A program made the position numbers and the translations under genes. The notes beneath the pieces are model-generated. The model was not told where the DNA came from. It made no database searches and worked only from the letters and a program-made list of their open reading frames with translations. A DNA stretch of 64,000 nucleotides from Gemmatimonadaceae bacterium. Lineage in GTDB: Bacteria; Gemmatimonadota; Gemmatimonadetes; Gemmatimonadales; Gemmatimonadaceae. Below are positions 36,640-46,624 of the stretch, piece after piece (position 1 is the first letter of the stretch; each line of letters begins with the position of its first letter). The stretch is from assembly GCA_050998915.1 (NCBI GenBank), contig JBPCPS010000141.1:5878-69877 (forward strand), in the 5' to 3' direction.

Positions 36640-37383
36640 ATGGCTGGTCACAGCAAGTGGAAACAGATCAAGCGTTACAAGGCGGTCACCGACAACAAGC
36701 GCGCCGCCCATTTCACCAAGCTCATTCGCGAGATCACGATGGCCGCGAAGCTGGGTGGCGGCGATCCAGCCGGTAATCCGCGCCTGCGCACCGCGATAGA
36801 AACCGCGCGCGCCGCATCCATGCCCAAGGAGAACATCGAGCGCGCAGTGAAGAAAGGCACGGGCGAGCTCGAGGGCGTCGAGTACACCGAGGTCACGTAC
36901 GAGGGTTACGCGCCGGGCGGAGTCGCGCTCATGATCTCGGCGGTCACCGACAACCCCACCCGCACAGTCGCCGACGTCCGGCTCAAGCTATCGCGCGGCG
37001 GCGGCAATCTCGGCGCCACTAATTCCGTAGCGTGGATGTTCGACCGGAAAGGCCAGATATACATCGGCGCGGACAAGCTGGACGAAGACAAGGTTCTCGA
37101 GATCGCATTGGAGGCCGGCGCGTCCGACTTCGCGCGCGAGGGCGATCAGTTCGTAGTCAGCACCGAGCCCGCCGACCTGCACTCGGTGAAGTCGGCGCTG
37201 GAGGAAAAAAAGCTGGCCATCGCCGAAGCCGAGATCGCGTGGATCCCAAAGAACACCGTGAAGGTCGAGGGCGATGTCGCCGAGGAAGTCCTCAAGCTCG
37301 TGGAAGAGCTCGAGGATCTCGACGACGTGCAGAAGGTGGACGCGAACTTCGACATGGACGTCGAGGAGATGGCGCAATCCTGA
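36640..37383 (+). CDS. yebC: YebC/PmpR family DNA-binding transcriptional regulator
   Basis: MAGHSKWKQIKR N-terminus. Conserved position upstream of ruvC. Confidence 0.92.
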   Translation: MAGHSKWKQIKRYKAVTDNKRAAHFTKLIREITMAAKLGGGDPAGNPRLRTAIETARAASMPKENIERAVKKGTGELEGVEYTEVTYEGYAPGGVALMISAVTDNPTRTVADVRLKLSRGGGNLGATNSVAWMFDRKGQIYIGADKLDEDKVLEIALEAGASDFAREGDQFVVSTEPADLHSVKSALEEKKLAIAEAEIAWIPKNTVKVEGDVAEEVLKLVEELEDLDDVQKVDANFDMDVEEMAQS

Positions 37384-37393
37384 CCAGCGCGAC

Positions 37394-37945
37394 GTGATCG
37401 TGCTCGGGGTAGACCCCGGTACGGCCGTCACGGGCTATGGCGTGGTGCGCCGCGACGAAGGCGCGCCGGCGCTGGTCGAGTGTGGAATCATCAGGACCCG
37501 GCCGAAAGACCCGTTGCCCGACCGCCTGTGCGCTATCCACGACGGGATCGCCGAGCTGATCGCCCGCCACAGGCCGGACTCCATGGCGATCGAAGACGTT
37601 TTCTACGCGCGGAATGTTCGCACGACGATCGTGCTGGGCCACGCGCGGGGCGTCGTGCTTTTGTGCGGCGCGAAGGCGGGGCTCGAGATCGCCGAGTACA
37701 CGCCCGCGGAGATCAAAAAGGCAGTGTGTGGGAGAGGCAGCGCGACCAAGGAGCAGGTGCAGTTCATGGTCGGAAGCCTGCTGCGGCTGAAAGCGCCGCC
37801 CCGCCCCGCCGATGCCGCCGACGGAGTGGCCGCGGCACTGGCGCACGCGCTCAACGCGGTGATGGGGCGCAAGCTCGCGGCTGCCGCGATCATGCAGCAG
37901 GAGGCGGACACAATCGGCGCCATGGCCGCGGCGTTGAGTCGATGA
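37394..37945 (+). CDS. ruvC: Crossover junction endodeoxyribonuclease RuvC
   Basis: VLGVDPGTAVTGYG, AIEDVFY, ADAADGVAAALAH catalytic acidic residues. GTG 37394. Confidence 0.9.
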   Translation: MIVLGVDPGTAVTGYGVVRRDEGAPALVECGIIRTRPKDPLPDRLCAIHDGIAELIARHRPDSMAIEDVFYARNVRTTIVLGHARGVVLLCGAKAGLEIAEYTPAEIKKAVCGRGSATKEQVQFMVGSLLRLKAPPRPADAADGVAAALAHALNAVMGRKLAAAAIMQQEADTIGAMAAALSR

Positions 37946-38538
37946 TCTCGCGCGTCGCCGGCAAGGTTGCATCGCGCTCGATCGACCGCGTGGAGATCAT
38001 GACCGGCGGCGGCGTCGCGTACGAGGCGCAGATCCCGCTGAGCGTGGTCGAAGTTCTGCCGAAGGTCGGCGAAGACATCTCCCTGCCTACGCACGTCGTC
38101 GTGAAAGACGACGGCTGGCAGCTGTTCGCTTTCAGCTCGGAGATGGAGCGGCGGCTGTTCCGGAAGTTGCTGACCGCCAATGGCGTGGGTCCCGCGCTCG
38201 CGCTCGGCATGCTCTCGGCACTTTCAGCGAGGCGGTTGATCCGCGCGCTGCAGGAAAAGGACATCGCCACGCTCCAGAGCGTGCCTCGCGTGGGCCGCAA
38301 GACGGCCGAGAGGATGGTGCTCGATCTCGGCGACAAGCTGGACGACGTGCTGGAAGGTGAGGAGCTGACAGGCGAGCCAGTGCGCGGAGCCGGCAGCGAG
38401 GACGCGATGCGCGCGCTGATCTCGCTCGGCTACTCGCAGGGCGACGCCGAGCGGGCGGTGCGCGCCGCGCTCGATGGCGGAGGCAAGAGCGTCCCCGAGG
38501 TGATCAGGGGCGCCCTTGCAGAGCTGGGAAAAAGGTAG
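37942..38538 (+). CDS. ruvA: Holliday junction DNA helicase subunit RuvA
   Basis: MISRVAGKV..., HhH motifs LLTANGVGPALAL and LQSVPRVGRKTAERM. ATGA overlap with ruvC. Confidence 0.9.
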   Translation: MISRVAGKVASRSIDRVEIMTGGGVAYEAQIPLSVVEVLPKVGEDISLPTHVVVKDDGWQLFAFSSEMERRLFRKLLTANGVGPALALGMLSALSARRLIRALQEKDIATLQSVPRVGRKTAERMVLDLGDKLDDVLEGEELTGEPVRGAGSEDAMRALISLGYSQGDAERAVRAALDGGGKSVPEVIRGALAELGKR

Positions 38539-38547
38539 AATTCGCCT

Positions 38548-39705
38548 ATGCACACCGCCGCCCGTACCGCCACCTTCGCCGAGTCAATGATTCGGGAGAT
38601 GACCCGCGTCGCCAACCGGACCGGCGCCGTGAACCTTGCGCAAGGCTTCCCGGATTTCCCGATGCCCTCGCCGATGAAAGACGCCGCCTGCGCGGCGATC
38701 CACGGCGACGTCAACCAGTACGCCATCACATGGGGATCGCCCGCGCTACGGCTCGCGATCGCGGAGAAATACCGCCGTTGGTACGGGATGGAAGTGGATC
38801 CGGAGACCGACGTGACCGTGTGCTGCGGCGGTACCGAAGCCATGGCGTCGGCGTTTCTCGCACTGGTGGATCCCGGTGACGAGGTCGTGGTCATCGAGCC
38901 GTACTACGAGAACTATGGCCCCGACGCGATCCTGTCCGCGGCCAGGCCAGTCTACGTCCCGCTCGAGCCGCCCAACTGGACTCTCGACGGCGACCGGCTC
39001 CGCGCCGCGTTCTCGAAGAAGACGCGCGCGATAGTCGTCAACACGCCGCACAACCCGAGCGGCAGGGTGTTCACGCGCGAGGAGATGTCGTTGATCGCGG
39101 AGCTGTGCATCGAGCACGACGCGATCGCGATCACCGACGAGATCTATGAGCACATCCTGTACGCGGGAAATCACCACGTGCTGGCGACGTTCCCCGGGAT
39201 GAAGGACCGCACCGTCACGATCTCGGGCCTCTCCAAGACGTTCAGCTGTACCGGCTGGCGCCTCGGCTACGCCATCGCGCCGCAGCTCGCTTCGACCGCC
39301 ATAAGGAAAGTTCACGATTTTCTCACCGTCGGCGCACCGGCGCCGCTGCAGGCTGCCGGCGCGATCGGCATGGCGTTCGACACGAGCTACTACAACCACA
39401 TGGCGCTCGAATATCGCGCGCGCCGCGATCTCATCATGCCCGCGCTGCACGATGCCGGCTTCAAGTGCACGGCGCCCGAGGGCGCGTACTACGTGCTGGC
39501 GGACTTCTCGGAGCTGAGCGATCTCGCCGACGTTCCATTCGCGATGTGGCTCGCGGAAGAGATCGGCGTGGCGACCGTGCCAGGCTCTACCTTCTACCAC
39601 GACGCGGGCACGGCGAAGAACTACACGCGCTTCGCCTTCTGCAAGAAGCTCGAGACACTGGAGCGCGCGGCCGAGCGATTGTCGAACCTGGCGGCGCGGG
39701 TCTGA
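38548..39705 (+). CDS. Class I/II PLP-dependent aminotransferase (methionine/kynurenine aminotransferase-like)
   Basis: [34 protein letters not shown] (PLP lysine). Inserted between ruvA and ruvB. Confidence 0.88.
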   Translation: MHTAARTATFAESMIREMTRVANRTGAVNLAQGFPDFPMPSPMKDAACAAIHGDVNQYAITWGSPALRLAIAEKYRRWYGMEVDPETDVTVCCGGTEAMASAFLALVDPGDEVVVIEPYYENYGPDAILSAARPVYVPLEPPNWTLDGDRLRAAFSKKTRAIVVNTPHNPSGRVFTREEMSLIAELCIEHDAIAITDEIYEHILYAGNHHVLATFPGMKDRTVTISGLSKTFSCTGWRLGYAIAPQLASTAIRKVHDFLTVGAPAPLQAAGAIGMAFDTSYYNHMALEYRARRDLIMPALHDAGFKCTAPEGAYYVLADFSELSDLADVPFAMWLAEEIGVATVPGSTFYHDAGTAKNYTRFAFCKKLETLERAAERLSNLAARV

Positions 39706-40745
39706 TGAGCCGCACTGAAATCACTACGCCCGAAGCACTCATTGAGGAATCGGTGGTCGAGCTGTCGCTCCGCCCGCAGGCGCTGAACGAGTTCATCGGT
39801 CAGGACCGGGTCAAAGAGAGCCTTCGCATCTATATAGAAGCGGCCCTCGCGCGCCGGGAAGCTCTGGACCACACGCTCTTCTTCGGTCCCCCGGGGCTCG
39901 GCCAGCCGACGCTCGCCGAGTTGATCGGACGCGAGCTGGGCGTGAACGTGCGGCAGACTTCGGGCCCTGCGCTGGAAAAGCCCGGCGATCTCGTCGGCAC
40001 ACTGACCAACCTGCGCGAGCGCGACATCCTGTTCATCGACGAGATCCACCGTCTGCGGCCGATCATCGAGGAGTTTCTGTATCCCGCGATGGAGGACTAC
40101 CGAATCGATATCCGCCTGTCGGAAGGACCGAAGGCGCAGACCATCACGATGCCGGTAGAGAAGTTCACGCTGATCGGCGCGACGACGCGGCTCGGCTTGC
40201 TCACACCCCCACTGCGCGCGCGGTTCGGGATCGAGCAGCGGCTGAACTACTACCCCACCGCCGACCTCGAGCAGATCGTGCGTCGCACCGCCGACGTGCT
40301 CGGTGTTTTTGTCGACGACGAGGGGGCTGTCGAGATCGCGGCCCGCTCGCGCGGGACGCCGCGCGTCGCCAACAGGCTGCTGCGCCGCATCCGGGACTTC
40401 GCACAGGTGCGCGCGGACGGACGCATCACGCGCGCGGTCGCGCACGAGGCACTGCAGCTGCTGGAGGTGGACCAGTTCGGGCTCGACGAGATGGACACGC
40501 GGCTGCTGCGTGCGGTGATCGAGAAGTTCGACGGCGGGCCGGTCGGGATCGGCTCCATCGCGGCCGCGGTCGGCGAAGACGCGGACACGATCGAAGAGGT
40601 GTACGAGCCGTTCCTCGTGCAGAACGGATTCCTGCATCGCACGCCGCGCGGGCGCGTCGCCACCGCCCAGGCGTACCGCCACTTCGGATTCACGCCGCCC
40701 GCCGGCACCGGCGGCGGGAGCCAGCCCAGTCTCTTCCAGCGCTGA
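39705..40745 (+). CDS. ruvB: Holliday junction helicase RuvB homolog with an aberrant Walker A (GPPGLGQPT)
   Basis: Collinear with RuvB throughout ([40 protein letters not shown]). Codons 39903-39908 read CAG CCG (Gln-Pro) where Lys-Thr is invariant. Confidence 0.88.
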   Translation: MSRTEITTPEALIEESVVELSLRPQALNEFIGQDRVKESLRIYIEAALARREALDHTLFFGPPGLGQPTLAELIGRELGVNVRQTSGPALEKPGDLVGTLTNLRERDILFIDEIHRLRPIIEEFLYPAMEDYRIDIRLSEGPKAQTITMPVEKFTLIGATTRLGLLTPPLRARFGIEQRLNYYPTADLEQIVRRTADVLGVFVDDEGAVEIAARSRGTPRVANRLLRRIRDFAQVRADGRITRAVAHEALQLLEVDQFGLDEMDTRLLRAVIEKFDGGPVGIGSIAAAVGEDADTIEEVYEPFLVQNGFLHRTPRGRVATAQAYRHFGFTPPAGTGGGSQPSLFQR

Positions 40746-40759
40746 GCGCTGAGCGCGGG

Positions 40760-41794
40760 ATGCCGGCGGGCAGCCGGACGGCGGACTACGACTTCGAGCT
40801 GCCGCCCGAGCTCATAGCCCAAACCCCCGCCGGGCGCCGGGACGAGAGCCGGTTGATGGTGTTGGATCGCGCGGCACGGACAATCGCCCATCTCAAGTTC
40901 ACCGACCTTGCCGGGTTTCTCTCCGCCGGCGACGCGCTCGTGCTCAACAGCAGCAAGGTCATTCGCGCGCGGCTGCTCGGCACGCGCGACAGCGGCGCGC
41001 CCGCCGAGGTGATGCTGATCAAGTCGCTCGGCGCGGGTCGGTACGAGGCCATGGTGCACCCGGGTGGGAAGCTGAAGCCCGGCCGGCGCATTACGATCTC
41101 ACCGCAGCTCGGGGTCGAGATTCTGGAGACCACCCAGCGGCGGACCCGGATCGTGCAGCTGCACAGCGAGCTGCCGTTCGATGAGGCCATCGAACGCTTC
41201 GGCCACATTCCCTTACCGCCCTACATCCGCCGCGCGGACGAGAGCCACGACGCGACGCGGTATCAGACAGTGTACGCGTGCGAACCGGGCTCTGTCGCGG
41301 CCCCAACTGCCGGACTGCACTTCACCGACGCCGTGCTCGACGACATCCGGAAGCGCGGCGTGAACATCGCAGAAGTCGTGTTGCACGTGGGAGCAGGGAC
41401 GTTCAAGCCGGTGGAGGCTGAGGATCCCGCCGAGCACGTGATGCACGAGGAGTGGTACTCCATCCCGCCTGCGACCGCCGAGACGCTGAACGCGGCGCGA
41501 GAGTGCGGCGGGAAGATCACCGCCGTCGGGACGACCGCGGTTCGGACGCTGGAAACGGCGATGTCCGAGGGACGATTCGTCCCGGCGGCGGGCGAGACGG
41601 AGATATTCATCCGGCCGGGGTTCGAGTTCGAGGCGGTGGATCGCTTGCTCACGAACTTCCATCTACCGCGCTCGACCCTCCTCATGCTTGTCGCAGCTTT
41701 CGCCGGATACGAGCTGGTTATGGAGGCCTATCGCACCGCAATTCGTGAGCGGTACCGGTTCTACTCGTACGGCGACGCAATGCTGATACTCTGA
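40760..41794 (+). CDS. queA: S-adenosylmethionine:tRNA ribosyltransferase-isomerase
   Basis: DYDFELPPELIAQ, GHIPLPPYI, AAPTAGLHFT, TNFHLPRSTLLMLV. Confidence 0.92.
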   Translation: MPAGSRTADYDFELPPELIAQTPAGRRDESRLMVLDRAARTIAHLKFTDLAGFLSAGDALVLNSSKVIRARLLGTRDSGAPAEVMLIKSLGAGRYEAMVHPGGKLKPGRRITISPQLGVEILETTQRRTRIVQLHSELPFDEAIERFGHIPLPPYIRRADESHDATRYQTVYACEPGSVAAPTAGLHFTDAVLDDIRKRGVNIAEVVLHVGAGTFKPVEAEDPAEHVMHEEWYSIPPATAETLNAARECGGKITAVGTTAVRTLETAMSEGRFVPAAGETEIFIRPGFEFEAVDRLLTNFHLPRSTLLMLVAAFAGYELVMEAYRTAIRERYRFYSYGDAMLIL

Positions 41795-41952
41795 AGGAAA
41801 GGAGAAGCGGCGCGCGGTGTGCGGGCCCCGTCTTCTGCTGGTCCGTCGGGACGTAAGAGGCGTAGGGTTGAACGGGACAGCCAAACGACGTGTGAACGGT
41901 AAACTCACACCGCGCCAATCGAGCCCCAGGGGGATTGCAATAGATTTCCTCG

Positions 41953-43113
41953 ATGTTCGCATTTGAGGTTGACGCCACCGCCGGTCCAGCCAGGGCCGGC
42001 GTTTTCTCGACCCCCCACGGCCCCGTCCAAACTCCGGCCTTCATGCCCGTCGGCACCCAGGCGACGGTCAAGGCGCTCGACCCCACCGAGCTGAAAACCG
42101 CGGGCGTGCAGCTACTCCTCGCGAACGCCTACCATCTCTACCTCCGCCCCGGCGACGACGTCGTGCGCGACGCGGACGGGCTGCACCAGTTCATGCAGTG
42201 GGACGGGCCCATCCTCACCGACTCCGGCGGATTCCAGGTCTTCTCACTCGCCAAGCTGTGCACCGTGACGGAGGAAGGCGTCGAGTTCCGCAGTCACATC
42301 GACGGCTCCACGCGGCGCTTCACGCCCGAATCGGTCATGCAGATCGAGCGTAACCTCGGGGCCGACGTGATCATGCAGTTCGATCACGTGATCCCCGGCC
42401 GGTCGGACCCCGCGACATCCCGCGACGCGAGCGAGCGGAGCCTCCGCTGGCTCGCGCGCTGTAGAAAGGAGTGCGCGCGTCTCGGACAGCACGAGCCCGC
42501 GAAGAACCAGGCCCTCTTTCCGATCGTCCAGGGCGGAATTCATTCCGACCTCCGTCGCGAAGCCGCCCGCGCGGTCACGGACATGGGCGACTGGCAAGGT
42601 TTCGGGATCGGCGGGCTGTCGGTTGGCGAAGAGAAGCTCGCGATGTACGAGATGCTCGAAGTCGTGGACGAAGCTCTGCCGCGCGACCGGCCCCGCTATC
42701 TCATGGGCGTCGGCTTCCCGGCCGACCTGATCGAGGGCGTGCGCCGGGGGGTGGATCTGTTCGACTGCGTCGCCCCCACGCGCATGGGCCGGAACGGCAC
42801 GGCCTTCGTCCCCGACGGCCGCATCAACGTCCGCAACGCCGAGCTGAAGACCGACAACCGCCCGCTCGACGAAAGCTGCTCCTGCCCTACCTGCGCGCGC
42901 TTCAGCCGCGCCTACCTGCGCCACCTTTTTACGTCGGATGAGATGCTGGGACCCCGGCTTCTCTCGCTGCACAATGTACATTTTCTGGTGCAACTCATGC
43001 GCACCGCGCGCGAGACCATCCGCGACGGCACGTTCGACGGCTGGAGCCGCGACTGGCTGCAGCGACACAACCCAACGCCCTCCCATTCCCGAACAGGGAC
43101 CAACGGTCAATGA
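41953..43113 (+). CDS. tgt: Queuine tRNA-ribosyltransferase
   Basis: TPAFMPVGT, TDSGGFQV, LFPIVQGG, FDCVAPTR, and Zn site CSCPTC...H. Confidence 0.93.
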   Translation: MFAFEVDATAGPARAGVFSTPHGPVQTPAFMPVGTQATVKALDPTELKTAGVQLLLANAYHLYLRPGDDVVRDADGLHQFMQWDGPILTDSGGFQVFSLAKLCTVTEEGVEFRSHIDGSTRRFTPESVMQIERNLGADVIMQFDHVIPGRSDPATSRDASERSLRWLARCRKECARLGQHEPAKNQALFPIVQGGIHSDLRREAARAVTDMGDWQGFGIGGLSVGEEKLAMYEMLEVVDEALPRDRPRYLMGVGFPADLIEGVRRGVDLFDCVAPTRMGRNGTAFVPDGRINVRNAELKTDNRPLDESCSCPTCARFSRAYLRHLFTSDEMLGPRLLSLHNVHFLVQLMRTARETIRDGTFDGWSRDWLQRHNPTPSHSRTGTNGQ

Positions 43114-43469
43114 CAACGATCACCTTCGCCGCCCTCGCCATCTTCGCGCCCGCCGGCGGCAATCCGATGCTCGGTCCGCTGTTCATGTACGGCGCGATCT
43201 TCATCATCTTCTACTTCGTCCTCATCCGCCCCGGCCAGAAGCAGCGCAAGGCGCACGAGGCGCTGATCAAGGCGCTCAAGAAAGGCGACGAAGTCGTGAC
43301 CGCCGGCGGAGTCGTCGGCGAAGTGCTGCACATCAAGGAAACGATCAACGAGGGCACACCGGCCCCGACGATGGATGACCGCGTGACGATCCGCTCCGGC
43401 GAGTCCAAGATGGTCATCGAGCGCGGCCGCATCACCAAGGTCATCCGGTCCACGACAGCCGGGGCCTGA
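43110..43469 (+). CDS. yajC: Preprotein translocase subunit YajC
   Basis: Single TM plus LIRPGQKQRK...LKKGDEVVTAGG motif. Confidence 0.85.
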   Translation: MTTITFAALAIFAPAGGNPMLGPLFMYGAIFIIFYFVLIRPGQKQRKAHEALIKALKKGDEVVTAGGVVGEVLHIKETINEGTPAPTMDDRVTIRSGESKMVIERGRITKVIRSTTAGA

Positions 43470-43474
43470 CAGGC

Positions 43475-44050
43475 GTGAAGACGCTCGACATCCGCGTACT
43501 CGGCGATCCTATCCTCCGTCAGGATACGACGCCCGTCGCGGAAGTCACCGACGAGCTGAGGCAGCTCATCGAAGCCATGTTCACGACGATGTACGCCGCC
43601 GAAGGAATCGGGCTCGCGGCACCGCAGGTAGGACGCACCGAGCGCCTCGCCGTCGTGGACGTCGAAGGCGCGAAGTACGCGCTCGTCAATCCGGAGATTC
43701 TCACGCGCGACGGCTCGGCCCGGGCCGAAGAAGGGTGCCTCTCGATTCCTGACGTGTTCGGCGAAGTCGAACGGCCGCAGCGCATCACGGTTCGCGCGCT
43801 CGACGCGGAGGGCAGGCCGTTCGAGCTCGCAGCGGACGAGCTGCTCGCCCGCTGCATCCAGCACGAAGTCGATCACCTGCACGGCAAGCTCTTCCTCGAC
43901 TACCTCGGCGTCTTCAAGCGCCGCTCGGCGCTCGCTCAGTGGGAGAAGCTGAAGCAGGATTATCCGGGGTTGATCCGCAAAGTCATCCCGGGCGCCGAGC
44001 AGAAGCCGCGGAGCGCGGAGCACTCCCCTACGGCGGCGGGCGAAGTCTGA
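43475..44050 (+). CDS. def: Peptide deformylase
   Basis: GIGLAAPQ, EGCLS, QHEVDHL. Confidence 0.93.
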   Translation: MKTLDIRVLGDPILRQDTTPVAEVTDELRQLIEAMFTTMYAAEGIGLAAPQVGRTERLAVVDVEGAKYALVNPEILTRDGSARAEEGCLSIPDVFGEVERPQRITVRALDAEGRPFELAADELLARCIQHEVDHLHGKLFLDYLGVFKRRSALAQWEKLKQDYPGLIRKVIPGAEQKPRSAEHSPTAAGEV

Positions 44051-44976
44051 TGCGCGTCCTCCTCTGGGGAACGCCCGACTTCGCCGTGCCGGCGCTCGCC
44101 GCGCTGCTCGGCGAGGGGCTCGACGTGATCGGAGTCGTCACCCAGCCGGACAAGCCGCGGGGCCGGTCGAGGTCGAGCGTCGTGGCATCCCCGGTAAAAA
44201 CCCTCGCGCTGCGCGAGGAGATCCCGGTGCTGCAACCCGTCAAAGCGCGCGACCCGCAGTTCATCGCAGAGGTCACAAAGCTCGAACCCGACATCTCCGT
44301 CGTCGTCGCATACGGCCAGATCCTGACGAAGGAAGTCATCGACCTGCCGAAGCACGGCACGCTCAACATCCACGCCTCATTGCTGCCGGCGCTGCGCGGC
44401 GCCGCTCCCATTCAGGGGGCGATACTCGGCGGCCTCGCCGAGACCGGGATATCTATCATGCGGATGGTTCCCGCACTCGATGCGGGACCGGTGCTGCATC
44501 AGGTGAGCACGCCGATCGGACCGGACGAGACTTACGGCGAGCTGGCGATGCGCCTCTCCGAGCTCGGCGCGCTCGCAATCGTCCAGGCGCTCGCGCTCAT
44601 GTCCGCCGGCGCGGCGACCCCGAAGGAGCAGGACCACGCGCTGGTAACGCTCGCGCCGAAGGTCACGCGCGGCGCGGCACGCATCGACTGGGCGCAGGAT
44701 GCATCGCACGTGTCGCGCGTGATCCGGGCGCATGATCCACGGCCCGCGGCGTTCACGACCGCGAACGGATCGGAAGTGAAGCTGTTTCATCCCTCGCTCG
44801 CGGAGGGTCTCTCGGGAAACCCCGGTCAGGTCCTGGAGGGGGGTGACGAGCTGGTCGTGGCATGCGGGGAAGGAGCGGTAAGAATCTCCGAAGTCCAGCC
44901 GGCGGGTCGGCGGCGCATGGCTGCCGGCGACTGGACGCGCGGGAGAGCGGTCGCGGCCGGTGACGTCCTCGGCTGA
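44050..44976 (+). CDS. fmt: Methionyl-tRNA formyltransferase
   Basis: MRVLLWGTPDFAVP, NIHASLLPALRGAAPI. Start overlaps the def stop. Confidence 0.92.
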   Translation: MRVLLWGTPDFAVPALAALLGEGLDVIGVVTQPDKPRGRSRSSVVASPVKTLALREEIPVLQPVKARDPQFIAEVTKLEPDISVVVAYGQILTKEVIDLPKHGTLNIHASLLPALRGAAPIQGAILGGLAETGISIMRMVPALDAGPVLHQVSTPIGPDETYGELAMRLSELGALAIVQALALMSAGAATPKEQDHALVTLAPKVTRGAARIDWAQDASHVSRVIRAHDPRPAAFTTANGSEVKLFHPSLAEGLSGNPGQVLEGGDELVVACGEGAVRISEVQPAGRRRMAAGDWTRGRAVAAGDVLG

Positions 44977-45622
44977 GCCCGCGGTCTGGCACGTTCCAGT
45001 CGTCCACGCCGTCACGAACGACGACAAGCTGCTCGACTCCGCTTTCATGCGCCAAGCCACTGATGTAATGACCGCGCTCGGCGCGCGCGGCGCGATTCAC
45101 GTGCGCGCACGCTGGCTTCCCGACCGCCAGATCGTGGAAATCACGGCGGCCATGGTCGAGGCGGCACGGAAGACCGGATGCGCGATCGTCGTGAACGATC
45201 GCGCGGACATCGCGCTTGCGGGCGGCGCTGCCGCAGTGCAATTGACGTCCCGTTCCGCCGGGGTCAGCGATGTGAGAGGAATGGCGCCATCGCTTCGCAT
45301 CGGGTGCAGCGTGCATTCCGCCGCGGCGGCCAGGGACGCCGGGTTCTTCGGCGCCGACTGGTGCGTCGCTGGGCACGTATTCGCGAGCGGCTCGCACGCG
45401 GGGGAGCCCGGCCGCGGACTTGGCTTCGTGCGTGCCTGTGCGGACGCTGCGGAGGTCCCGGTCATCGGCATCGGGGGCGTCACACCCGGCCGCGTCCGGG
45501 AGCTGGTAGAAGCCGGCGCCCGCGGCGTCGCAAGCATCAGCGGGATCTGGGACGCCCCGAATCCCGGTGAGGCAGCGGGTCGCTATCTTTCGGAGTATGT
45601 CGCAGCAGAGCGTCGCGGATGA
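44960..45622 (+). CDS. ThiE/TenI-family protein (paralog 2, adjacent to thiS-thiG)
   Basis: VVNDRADIALA, GCSVHS, PVIGIGGV. Position next to thiSG suggests a TenI-like role, but this cannot be decided from sequence alone. Confidence 0.7.
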   Translation: MTSSAEPAVWHVPVVHAVTNDDKLLDSAFMRQATDVMTALGARGAIHVRARWLPDRQIVEITAAMVEAARKTGCAIVVNDRADIALAGGAAAVQLTSRSAGVSDVRGMAPSLRIGCSVHSAAAARDAGFFGADWCVAGHVFASGSHAGEPGRGLGFVRACADAAEVPVIGIGGVTPGRVRELVEAGARGVASISGIWDAPNPGEAAGRYLSEYVAAERRG

Positions 45623-45830
45623 TACGGTCTCCCTGACCGTCAACGGCGAAGACAGAGAGCTTCCCGCCGGTTCGAGCGTCGCGGATCTGCTCCGTGCCCA
45701 CGGGCTCGATCCCCGCATGGTAGTCGTCGAGCACAACCGCGTCGTCCTGCGCGATCGCGACGCCTATCCGCGCATCGCATTGAGCATGGGTGACGTCATC
45801 GAGATCGTCCACTTCGTGGGGGGCGGATGA
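45597..45830 (+). CDS. thiS: Sulfur carrier protein ThiS
   Basis: LTVNGEDREL..., C-terminal VHFVGGG (Gly-Gly end). Overlaps thiG by 4 nt. Confidence 0.8.
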   Translation: MSQQSVADDTVSLTVNGEDRELPAGSSVADLLRAHGLDPRMVVVEHNRVVLRDRDAYPRIALSMGDVIEIVHFVGGG

Positions 45831-46624
45831 CCACGGCCACGCTTCCGCTGAGTGACGTGCCGTTCGAGATCGCGGGACGCGACTTCCGCTCGCGCCTGAT
45901 GGTCGGCACCGGCAAGTATCGCTCGAACGAAGAGATGTCGGCCGCGCTCGAGGCGTCCGGCGCGGAGGTCGTCACCGTCGCCGTGCGGCGAGTCGACCTG
46001 AGTCGCGCCAACGACGAAGGAATGCTGCACCATCTCGATCCCGAGCAGTACTTCCTGCTCGCCAATACCGCCGGCTGCTATTCCGCCGACGAGGCAATCC
46101 GGTACGCGCGGCTCGCGCGCGCGGCGGGATTCAACGAGTGGATCAAGCTGGAGGTGATCGGCGACGAGGAAACGCTGCTTCCTGACGTGGCGGGACTGCT
46201 GGAAGCGACGAAGGTGCTCGTCGATGAAGGCTTCAAGGTGATGGCGTACACGAACGAAGACCTGATCACGGCGTTGCGCCTGGAGGAAGCGGGCGCTGTC
46301 GCGGTCATGCCGCTGGCGTCTCCGATCGGATCCGGACTTGGGCTCCTGAACCCGCAGGCGATTCGCACGATCAAGCGCCGGTTATCGGTGCCGGTGATCG
46401 TCGACGCCGGAGTCGGGTGCGCGACCGACGCGTGCGCGGCGATGGAACAGGGTGTGGACGGAATTCTCATGAACACCGGGATCGCCGCGGCTTCGGATCC
46501 CGTGCGCATGGCGCACGCAATGAAGCTCGCCGTCGAGGCCGGACGCGCGTCGTTTCTCGCGGGCCGGATGCCGAAGCGAGAGACGGCGATGCCGTCTTCT
46601 CCGCTCGAGGGGATGCTCGACTGA
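45827..46624 (+). CDS. thiG: Thiazole synthase
   Basis: SRLMVGTGKY, IKLEVIGD, VMPLASPIGSG, VDAGVG. Confidence 0.93.
   Translation: MTTATLPLSDVPFEIAGRDFRSRLMVGTGKYRSNEEMSAALEASGAEVVTVAVRRVDLSRANDEGMLHHLDPEQYFLLANTAGCYSADEAIRYARLARAAGFNEWIKLEVIGDEETLLPDVAGLLEATKVLVDEGFKVMAYTNEDLITALRLEEAGAVAVMPLASPIGSGLGLLNPQAIRTIKRRLSVPVIVDAGVGCATDACAAMEQGVDGILMNTGIAAASDPVRMAHAMKLAVEAGRASFLAGRMPKRETAMPSSPLEGMLD

Noticed and set aside
41795-41952. 158-nt queA-tgt spacer as a preQ1 riboswitch or other ncRNA
   Set aside because: Only a short GTGTGA/TCACAC hairpin is visible. I could not recognise preQ1-I/II/III core motifs or tRNA-like features. A covariance-model scan would be needed.
44900-44976. TPP riboswitch upstream of the thiE-like/thiS/thiG genes
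   Set aside because: The thiE-like ORF overlaps the fmt 3' end, so there is no non-coding leader. Likewise thiE copy 1 abuts mltG.
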